Shown: piece by piece, positions 9,264-16,275 of the stretch
Layout: each line of letters begins with the position of its first letter
Numbering within the stretch: the first letter of the stretch is position 1
Assembly (NCBI GenBank): GCA_046758705.1
Contig: JBHIAT010000031.1
Location: forward strand, 1 to 26,980
Reading direction: 5' to 3'
Origin: Candidatus Bipolaricaulia bacterium
GTDB lineage: Bacteria; Bipolaricaulota; Bipolaricaulia; JBHIAT01
Length of the DNA: 26,980 nucleotides
Made by a program: the position numbers and the translations under genes
The notes under the pieces: model-generated
Databases searched by the model: none
Told to the model about the DNA's origin: nothing
Seen by the model: only the letters and a program-made list of their open reading frames with translations

Positions 9264-9497
9264 ATGCTACTGAGACTGTTGGAGTACTTGGTCTCATTTC
9301 TGGCGGATGATCCCGAGGGGATCCAGATCGATCGTATCGAGACTCCGAAGGTCGATCTGTTCTTTCTGAGGGTTCAGGAAAGCGATCGAGGTCGGATCCT
9401 CGGCAGAAACGGACGGACCGCGGAAGCGATCCGCGATCTGATGCAGACTGCCGCCGCCCGGCTCGGGAAGGAAGCCATCATCGATATCATCGAGTAA
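9264..9497 (+). CDS. khpA: KH-domain RNA-binding protein (KhpA/YlqC)
   Basis: DRGRILGRNGRTAEAIR (GxxG motif), 77 aa, canonical position after rpsP. Confidence 0.88.
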   Translation: MLLRLLEYLVSFLADDPEGIQIDRIETPKVDLFFLRVQESDRGRILGRNGRTAEAIRDLMQTAAARLGKEAIIDIIE

Positions 9498-9502
9498 GAG
9501 GG

Positions 9503-10225
9503 ATGAATATGGTCGAACCGACGGACCGATCGATCCGAACCGTGAGGTTAAGAATCGATATCCTGACCCTGTTCCCGGAGATGCTGATCGGTTTCTTCAG
9601 CATGGGCGGACTGGCCCGAGCTCAGCAGTGTGGCCTGATCGAAATCCATCTCCACCACCTCAGGGAGTTCGCGACCGGCAAGCACAGACAGGTCGACGAT
9701 CGACCCTACGGCGGAGGCCCGGGGATGGTCCTGAAAGCCGAGCCGTTCTTCCGGGGGGTGGAGCATATCAAAGATCAGGTTCCGGGGACACCTCGGGTGA
9801 TTCTGTTCACGTCTCGGGGGAGGCGCTTCAATCAAACGCTCGCTAAGGAGTTGGCCCAAGAAGGCCACCTGATCCTACTCTGTGGCCGGTATCAAGGGGT
9901 CGATGAGCGGGTGACCCAGATCGTCACCGATGAAATCTCCATCGGTGACTTCGTACTCAGCGGGGGGGAGGCCGCCACCGCGGCCGTGGTCGAGGCGACC
10001 GCTCGGCTGATTCCCGGTGTTGTCGGAAACTGTGAGTCGGTGACGCGCGATTCCTTCTACGCGGAGTCCATGCTCGGCCCGCCTCAATACACCCGACCCC
10101 AACACTTCAGAGACTATGAGGTGCCTGAGGTGTTGCTTTCCGGAGATCACGCACGGATCGAGGCGTTTCGTCGGGAAAAAGCACGGGAAAAGACCCGACG
10201 GAATCGACCCGATCTGTTGGAGTAA
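9503..10225 (+). CDS. trmD: tRNA (guanine37-N1)-methyltransferase
   Basis: TLFPEM, VDDRPYGGGPGMV, CGRYQGVDER, SIGDFVLSGGE, PQYTRP, VPEVLLSGDH. Confidence 0.95.
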   Translation: MNMVEPTDRSIRTVRLRIDILTLFPEMLIGFFSMGGLARAQQCGLIEIHLHHLREFATGKHRQVDDRPYGGGPGMVLKAEPFFRGVEHIKDQVPGTPRVILFTSRGRRFNQTLAKELAQEGHLILLCGRYQGVDERVTQIVTDEISIGDFVLSGGEAATAAVVEATARLIPGVVGNCESVTRDSFYAESMLGPPQYTRPQHFRDYEVPEVLLSGDHARIEAFRREKAREKTRRNRPDLLE

Positions 10226-10262
10226 GAGCGGGAGCCTGTTCATATGTCCGTATACGATTACG

Positions 10263-10892
10263 ATGATGGCAAACCTCTATATCGGGCTGCTTCACCATCC
10301 GATACAGAACAGGCGGAGTGAGATCGTGACGACGGCGATCACCACCATCGACGTCCACGACATCGCCCGGACCGCCAGGACCTACGGGGTTGTGGGCTAT
10401 CACATTGTGACCCCGCTCGTCTCTCAGCAGCAGATCGCATCCCGGATCGTCGATTACTGGACGAAGGGAGGCGAGTCTGAAGACCTGACCCATCGTGGGG
10501 AGGCGTTGGCGTTGATCGAGATCGTTGATCGGTTTGAGATCAGTATGGCACAGATTGAGGCGGCCGAGGGCGCCGTTCCGCTCACCGTTGGGACATCGGC
10601 CCGAGATCTCTCGGATCTGGGAGTGCCGACGGTTGAATATCAGGAACTCAAGCGTATAATGGAAGGCGAACGACGGCCGATCTATCTGCTCTTTGGAACC
10701 GGTTGGGGGATCGCTGATGAGCTGTTGGAGAGATTTGATTGTTTGCTGCCACCGATCCGTGGGTACCCGTGTGAGGATGGGGATTCGTATAACCATCTCT
10801 CCGTCCGTGCGGCAGTGGCGATCATCCTGGATAGGTTGCGAGGTGGACCGAGTCTGTCGCGGGACGATCGAGGTGGAGAAAGGTCGGCATAG
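10263..10892 (+). CDS. SPOUT RNA methyltransferase of the Tm1570-like family (Methyltrn_RNA_4)
   Basis: [55 protein letters not shown]. This family typically lies next to trmD. Start trimmed from 10116 to avoid overlap with trmD. Confidence 0.85.
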   Translation: MMANLYIGLLHHPIQNRRSEIVTTAITTIDVHDIARTARTYGVVGYHIVTPLVSQQQIASRIVDYWTKGGESEDLTHRGEALALIEIVDRFEISMAQIEAAEGAVPLTVGTSARDLSDLGVPTVEYQELKRIMEGERRPIYLLFGTGWGIADELLERFDCLLPPIRGYPCEDGDSYNHLSVRAAVAIILDRLRGGPSLSRDDRGGERSA

Positions 10893-10921
10893 GTATTAGG
10901 TATCTAGGTATCAAGGGAGCG

Positions 10922-11245
10922 GTGGTTCGTATGGATCATCTGATCAAATCGATCGAAGCTGAGTTTGTCCGGGATGGCGTTCCGAGCTTCTCGCCCGGGG
11001 ATACGATTCGCGTCTACGAACGGATCTCCGAAGGCTCAAAGGATCGGGTTCAGGTCTTTGAAGGCGTGGTGCTCAAACGGGCTCACGGAGGGACTCGGGA
11101 GACATTCACCGTCCGCAAGATCTCCGGGGGGGTCGGGGTGGAGAAGACCTATCCCCTCCATTCCCCGAAGATCGATCGGATCGATCTGGTCACCCGAGGA
11201 AATGTCCGTCAGGCGCGTCCCTATTATCTGAGACGGAGGAGTTGA
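10922..11245 (+). CDS. rplS: 50S ribosomal protein L19
   Basis: [50 protein letters not shown]. The start may be ATG 10931. Confidence 0.96.
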   Translation: MVRMDHLIKSIEAEFVRDGVPSFSPGDTIRVYERISEGSKDRVQVFEGVVLKRAHGGTRETFTVRKISGGVGVEKTYPLHSPKIDRIDLVTRGNVRQARPYYLRRRS

Positions 11246-11251
11246 TCGCGG

Positions 11252-11926
11252 GTGCCCGAATCCGAAGTGAAGCGGTCCGACGAAAAGCCCAAGAAACCCT
11301 ATTCAGCCCGGATTCTGAACCGGCTAGGGTTGAGGACAAGCCAGCGACTCGATTCGATTCTCGGATGGGCCGATGTCCTCATCGTCGCCGGGACGCTGGC
11401 CGTGTTGGTGATGACGTTCGTTACGGTGCGGATGGAGGTGCCGACCGGATCGATGGAGCCGTCCATCCGGGCAGGGAGCAGCTTCTTTGTCGACAAGATC
11501 TCCTACCGATTCCGGGGGCCGGCACCGGGTGACATCATCGTCTTCTGGCATGAGGAGAACGGAAGGCCGGTGCGCTACGTCAAACGGTTGATTGCCACCG
11601 AGGGCCAGCAGGTCCGGATCCAGAACGGCGATGTCTACGTGAACGGTGACGAGCTGATCGGAGTGGCGTTCGATCGCCCCTACTGCAATGACGGGATCAT
11701 GGGAAACTCCGAGTGGATCGTTCCCCCGAACTCCTACTTCGTCCTCGGGGATAACAGCGTCAACAGTCTGGACAGTCGGTTCTGGGGGTTCGTCTCCAAG
11801 GGCGATCTCATCGGCGAACCGTTCCTCAGAGTCTGGCCGTTGGATCAGATCGGCTTCATGAACGGTTACTTGGGTTCTGCTCAAGCGGAGGCGGAGACCG
11901 GGGGAAGCAACCCATGTCGGCGGTAG
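11252..11926 (+). CDS. lepB: Signal peptidase I
   Basis: One TM helix, VPTGSMEPS (catalytic Ser), YVKRLI (catalytic Lys), GDNSVNSLDSRFWG. Confidence 0.94.
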   Translation: MPESEVKRSDEKPKKPYSARILNRLGLRTSQRLDSILGWADVLIVAGTLAVLVMTFVTVRMEVPTGSMEPSIRAGSSFFVDKISYRFRGPAPGDIIVFWHEENGRPVRYVKRLIATEGQQVRIQNGDVYVNGDELIGVAFDRPYCNDGIMGNSEWIVPPNSYFVLGDNSVNSLDSRFWGFVSKGDLIGEPFLRVWPLDQIGFMNGYLGSAQAEAETGGSNPCRR

Positions 11927-12555
11927 TTTCCCCCGAGCGGGTTCGATTCGATCGGGAGATCCGTGCCAAGCAGGGGATCAGGCGACTTGCCGGGTTGGAT
12001 GAAGTGGGTCGGGGCGCACTCGCCGGGCCGGTGATCGTCGGGTGTGTGATGTTCCGGAACCTGGAAGCGGTGGGGGTTGAAAACCAGGATCTGCTGCTTG
12101 AGATCGACGATTCGAAGCGGTTGAGGCCGAGACATCGAGAAAGACTCGCTCGGGCGATTCGCGCGCATGCCGATTGCGGGATCGGCCGGGCAGGCTCCGA
12201 GGAGATCGATGCAATCGGCATTGTAGCCGCGACCCGACTTGCAGCCCGCCGAGCGGTGCGTGTACTCCTTATCCGTCCCGAACTGCTCCTGACCGACAGA
12301 GGACTGAAGGTGGACCTCGGGATTGAGGAACGGGAGTTGGTCGGGGGCGATTATCGCTCCCTGTCGGTCGCCGCCGCCTCGATCCTGGCCAAGGTCGATC
12401 GTGATGGGTGGATGAGGTGGATCGGTCGTCGATATCGGAGTTACGGATTCGCCCGCAACAAGGGCTATGGAACCGCCGAACACCGAGCGGCGATCACCGT
12501 CTACGGTCTCTCCCCCCTCCATCGCCGCAGTTTCTGTCGTGTGAACGTGGCTTGA
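11914..12555 (+). CDS. rnhB: Ribonuclease HII
   Basis: GLDEVGRGALAGPV, DDSKRL, GGD, SVAAASILAKVDRD, NKGYGT, HRRSF. Confidence 0.95.
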   Translation: MSAVVSPERVRFDREIRAKQGIRRLAGLDEVGRGALAGPVIVGCVMFRNLEAVGVENQDLLLEIDDSKRLRPRHRERLARAIRAHADCGIGRAGSEEIDAIGIVAATRLAARRAVRVLLIRPELLLTDRGLKVDLGIEERELVGGDYRSLSVAAASILAKVDRDGWMRWIGRRYRSYGFARNKGYGTAEHRAAITVYGLSPLHRRSFCRVNVA

Positions 12556-12580
12556 CAGAGGGATAGGATTGCCCTATAAT
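12552..12580 (+). promoter_or_regulatory. Perfect-consensus sigma70 promoter for the envelope operon
   Basis: TTGACA (12552-12557, overlapping the rnhB stop), 17 nt, TATAAT (12575-12580). Confidence 0.85.
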
Positions 12581-12766
12581 GAGGAAAACGTGCCAAATAT
12601 ATTGAGAAAATGAAGAGATACCTTGGTACAAGGCGGACAGATAAGGGGGTGAGTCATAGCGGATCGCAGGTCGAGGTAGCGAACTGAAGGCCCTTCCCGA
12701 TGCAGGCGGTCCAACGGGAGTTCGATCTTTGTCTTTTTGGGATCTTTAAATAACAAGGAGGTCACA

Positions 12767-13807
12767 TTGAGAATAACGAGGAGGTTAAAAGGAGGAAGGG
12801 CGGTAATGCTGACGTTGGCCCTGCTGTTGGCCATCCTATGGTATCCGCACTCAGCCTTCTCTCAGGAGGCGCTGTTCGTTGATGTCCCAATCAATCACTG
12901 GGCAGCCGACGCCCTACAGTTTCTGGCGGATCGGGGGATCATCACCGGGATGCCCGACGGCACGTTTCAGGGAGATCGCTCCCTCAGCCGATATGAGGCA
13001 TCGGTCCTCGTCTTTCGAGCAGTTCAGTTCGGCCTCGATGAGTTGATTGTCACCGCCCAGGATTTGGAGACCCTCGAAAACCTCACCGTCCGACTCGCCG
13101 ACCGTCTCCGAGACATGGGCCAGGATGTCGGGGCGATGCAGCAAGTGTTGGATGAAGCGCGTGCTACCATCGAAAGCAACTTCGACGATCTGCTCTCGGT
13201 CAAGGATCTATCGGTGGAGGCGTTTCGAAAAGCACTTGATGTGGAACGCCGGGTCGCCGGGGTGACAGCGTCTGAGGCGATCCTCGACGATGTCAACGTC
13301 CTGATCGGCCCGCTGGAGCGGAACGTATCGGATCTGATCGATCTCAGCGGGCAGTTGCTCGAGGATACCGCTGATAACGAAAGAAAAATCGCTATCTTGG
13401 AGTCCGATCTCGAACCGCTGAACGAACGGGTAGACACGCTGGAGTCCGACCTGACGCTCGCCACACAGAGTCTCCGGACAAACACCTCACGGGCCATCGT
13501 GACGAACCGCCAAGACATCATAGCCAACCAACAGGACGTCGCAACGCTCCAGACCACGGTCTCGGATCTGGAGTCCCGGGTGTCCAACAACCAGACCGAT
13601 CTCGCCGCCACCCGAGACCTGCTCGATTCGGTCGCCGGGAGGGCCGGGGAGGCGCTGCGGACCGCCACGGAACTGAGCGACCAAGTGGCCGCCCTAGGCG
13701 ACCAAGTGGCCGCCCTGGACGTCGCTGCGGTCAGCAGTCGGGTCAACACGAACCGGACTTTCGCGATCATCGCGTTGCTCGCTGGCATAGCTGGGATCTT
13801 CACGTAA
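12767..13807 (+). CDS. SLH domain + long coiled-coil + C-terminal hydrophobic tail protein (Omp-alpha-like envelope tether)
   Basis: TTG start after SD AAGGAGGT (alternative ATG 12806). Signal peptide ending AFS-Q; SLH motif FVDVPINHWA...GIITGMPDGTFQGDRSLSRYEA; heptad-patterned middle region; ends FAIIALLAGIAGIFT. Confidence 0.85.
   Translation: MRITRRLKGGRAVMLTLALLLAILWYPHSAFSQEALFVDVPINHWAADALQFLADRGIITGMPDGTFQGDRSLSRYEASVLVFRAVQFGLDELIVTAQDLETLENLTVRLADRLRDMGQDVGAMQQVLDEARATIESNFDDLLSVKDLSVEAFRKALDVERRVAGVTASEAILDDVNVLIGPLERNVSDLIDLSGQLLEDTADNERKIAILESDLEPLNERVDTLESDLTLATQSLRTNTSRAIVTNRQDIIANQQDVATLQTTVSDLESRVSNNQTDLAATRDLLDSVAGRAGEALRTATELSDQVAALGDQVAALDVAAVSSRVNTNRTFAIIALLAGIAGIFT
13677..13718 (+). 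repeat. 21-nt tandem duplication (one coiled-coil heptad)
   Basis: GCGACCAAGTGGCCGCCCTAG followed by GCGACCAAGTGGCCGCCCTGG, encoding DQVAALG-DQVAALD. Confidence 0.85.
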
Positions 13808-13919
13808 TTAGTGAAATTGCCTAATCTAAAGGGGAGGTGATAGTAGGTACGAGTAGCAAGTCGGGTGAACGCTCACATCACCAGTGTAAAATATTCACAC
13901 ATTAAGGAGGTAACCTCAC

Positions 13920-14888
13920 ATGCGAGGTAAGTTTTTGGTTGTCCTCTTCGTCGGATTGCTGGTCGCTTCTACGCCAGCGTGGGCTGTAGAGTTTGATGCA
14001 TCGGGGGATTTCACGTCCACTTTAAATGTCACTCAAAGCCCAGCAGCACCAATGGCTTTTGGAACGACCGGGAGTGCTGAGTTCTCTGCAAGTGCTTCAG
14101 TTGGAGAAGACGCTCGGTTTGTCGTCGATGTAAGCCTTGAATTCGATTTTGATGCTTCCGTGGGTCAAACCACTGAATCACCGTTAGAATTTGATTTCAG
14201 TGAGGCCTACGTCATCCTGTTTGAGAACTCCCGGTTTGGACTGTCGAGCTTCGACACTGATGGGACCCCGGCAGAAATCTTCGAAAGTCTCGGGGAAGGA
14301 AGCTCGGACTTCGATGGATTTGGGTATTCGCTAGCCATGGATCCGTTTAGTATTGACTTGTCGGTCGATCTCGCCCAGACAGCAGAAGCCGCTCCTGCGG
14401 CAGATCCTATTGGTCCTCAGGTCGACGTCCTTGTCGGAGGCGGGTTCGGTCCGGTCGCGGTGACCCTTAATGCGATCGACCTAACGAGTGTTCAACCAGC
14501 GGGTCTAACAGTGAATGCGACAGCTTCGGTCGAAATGCCCATGGGACCGGCTAACGTCTATGCGGGAGTCAACGCGACGCTGACCCCCGCCCCGGCGGCC
14601 TTTTTCGCTCTCGTCGGTGCGACCATAGATATCGGTTCCTCGGTCACTGTGGAGTTCACCACCGACGACGAAGGTGACGGGACCGGTGTAACTGACCTAG
14701 GCGTCTCGGCGGACTTCAGCTTCGGAGCCATCGATCTCAGCGCTGAGGCGACCGGGTTAGCAGGCCCCAATGCCCCCCTCTCGTGGGAAGTCACCGTGTC
14801 TACGGCCTTGAGTGACGTGACCACCCTCTCGTTAGCCGTGTCGGATGAGGGTGGAGCTGTCGACGTCGAGGTTGAGACGAGTTTCTGA
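13920..14888 (+). CDS. Putative major outer-membrane beta-barrel/porin-like protein, paralog 1
   Basis: SD TAAGGAGGT. Signal peptide ending AWA-VEF; porin-like start VEFDASGDF; amphipathic strands throughout; very acidic; ends VEVETSF with terminal Phe. Confidence 0.7.
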   Translation: MRGKFLVVLFVGLLVASTPAWAVEFDASGDFTSTLNVTQSPAAPMAFGTTGSAEFSASASVGEDARFVVDVSLEFDFDASVGQTTESPLEFDFSEAYVILFENSRFGLSSFDTDGTPAEIFESLGEGSSDFDGFGYSLAMDPFSIDLSVDLAQTAEAAPAADPIGPQVDVLVGGGFGPVAVTLNAIDLTSVQPAGLTVNATASVEMPMGPANVYAGVNATLTPAPAAFFALVGATIDIGSSVTVEFTTDDEGDGTGVTDLGVSADFSFGAIDLSAEATGLAGPNAPLSWEVTVSTALSDVTTLSLAVSDEGGAVDVEVETSF

Positions 14889-14922
14889 TGATGTAGGACT
14901 AGGCAACTAGGACAGGATAGAG

Positions 14923-14954
14923 AACCCCGAGCTCTCACAGCTCGGGGTTTTTTT
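14923..14954 (+). terminator. Rho-independent terminator after paralog 1
   Basis: AACCCCGAGCT-CTCAC-AGCTCGGGGTT followed by a T-run. Confidence 0.92.
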
Positions 14955-15031
14955 ATTAACCGCCCTCACGACATGCTAAACCCGTAGCTCTCCGGGAAGG
15001 ATAGCTGATGGGGTAGAAGGAGGTTATCTCC

Positions 15032-16180
15032 ATACAAAGTAAGTTTCTGGCTGTCCTGTTCGCTGGGTTGTGGATCACTTCTGTCACTTCTTTAACACCG
15101 GCGTTGGCCGTAGAGCTTGATGTATCGGGATATCTCACGGCCACATTCGAAATGGAAGTTGGAGCGCAAACTTTCTCCACGGCCAGTGAAGTTGGGTTCA
15201 CTTTAGATGCTCCACTCGGGGAAGACGTTCGGTTGTTCGCCAGTATAAACGGTTCTGCTGATACTGACCCTACTTCACAGACACCCGGAACGCTAGCGTT
15301 CGAATTCGATGAGGCCTACCTCATCCTGTTTGAAAACTTTCGTTTGGGTCGGTCGAGCTTCTTCAATGACGGGACCCCGGCAGAAATCTTCAGCAGCCTT
15401 GGGGAAGTAGACTCGGACTTTGATGGATTTGGGTATTCGCTGGCCATGGGCCCGGTGAATGCTGACCTATCGGCCGATTTCGCAAACGGCGTGCAACCCC
15501 CTGAGATCGACGTCCTTGCCTCAGGTGAGTTCGGTCCGGTCACGGTGACCGTTAACGGTGTCGATCTCTTGTCATCGACTCAAACGGCTCCATCAGTAAA
15601 TGCGACCGCCTTCCTCGAAATGCCCATAGGACCGGCCACGGTCTATGCAGGGGTCAACGCGCAACTGACCGACCCCGACCCCAGCAACTCTCCTAACGAG
15701 ACTCACGTTGATCCAGGCACATTCTTTACCGTTGGTGCGACTCTAGATTTAGAGTTCGCTGCCTCCATCACCGTGGAACTCTCAACCGACGCCTTCGGTG
15801 ATGGTGTAGCCCTGGACGATACAGGAGCCTTGGTCCCTGACACTGACCTAGGCGTCTTGTTGGATTTCAGCTTCGGAGCCATCGATCTCAGTGCTGAGGT
15901 GATCGGGATATTGGTTCCACCTATCCTATGGGAGGTCACCGCATTTACAGGCTTGAGCGATATCATCAGCCTCTCGGTAACCCTGGATGATCTCGGACTG
16001 ATCGCAGTGGATTTCAGCTTTGGGGCCATCGATCTCAGCGCTGAAGTGGACGGGATATTGTTTGATCTTCCCTTGTGGGAAGTCACCGCGTCTATAGACT
16101 TGACCGATAGCACCAGCCTCTCGGTAACCCTGGATGATCTCGGACTGATCGAAGTAGCGATTGAGGCGAGTTTCGGATGA
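15032..16180 (+). CDS. Putative outer-membrane beta-barrel protein, paralog 2 (ATA start, internal duplication)
   Basis: SD AAGGAGGT (15017-15024), 7 nt, then ATA. IQSKFLAVLFAGL aligns with MRGKFLVVLFVGL of paralog 1. Shared blocks EAYxILFEN, DGTPAEIF, SDFDGFGYSLAM, DFSFGAIDLSAE. Confidence 0.7.
   Translation: MQSKFLAVLFAGLWITSVTSLTPALAVELDVSGYLTATFEMEVGAQTFSTASEVGFTLDAPLGEDVRLFASINGSADTDPTSQTPGTLAFEFDEAYLILFENFRLGRSSFFNDGTPAEIFSSLGEVDSDFDGFGYSLAMGPVNADLSADFANGVQPPEIDVLASGEFGPVTVTVNGVDLLSSTQTAPSVNATAFLEMPIGPATVYAGVNAQLTDPDPSNSPNETHVDPGTFFTVGATLDLEFAASITVELSTDAFGDGVALDDTGALVPDTDLGVLLDFSFGAIDLSAEVIGILVPPILWEVTAFTGLSDIISLSVTLDDLGLIAVDFSFGAIDLSAEVDGILFDLPLWEVTASIDLTDSTSLSVTLDDLGLIEVAIEASFG
15861..16154 (+). 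repeat. 147-nt (49-aa) tandem duplication within paralog 2
   Basis: Copies begin TGGATTTCAGCTT at 15861 and 16008. An identical block CAGCCTCTCGGTAACCCTGGATGATCTCGGACTGATCG occurs at 15967 and 16114. Confidence 0.9.
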
Positions 16181-16275
16181 TGTGAGCGGATTCAGGGGTT
16201 TGGGGAGTGGCCGTACCCGTTGACGGGTTCCCTGACCCTGTGCTATCTTTAAGGTATAAAGGTATAATCATCATC

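Noticed and set aside
9503-10892. TrmD-Tm1570 fusion by stop-codon readthrough
   Set aside because: The two ORFs are in different frames and no slippery site is evident. They are separate genes.
14980-15014. Hairpin with TCCGGGAAGGA resembling SRP RNA helix 8
   Set aside because: It lacks the CAGG...GGAAGCAG internal-loop signature and the long flanking helix. Treated as a 5' UTR hairpin of paralog 2.
13920-16180. Lower GC of the barrel genes as evidence of horizontal transfer
   Set aside because: No integrase, IS, tRNA or flanking direct repeats are present. High-expression codon usage and amino-acid composition explain it more simply.
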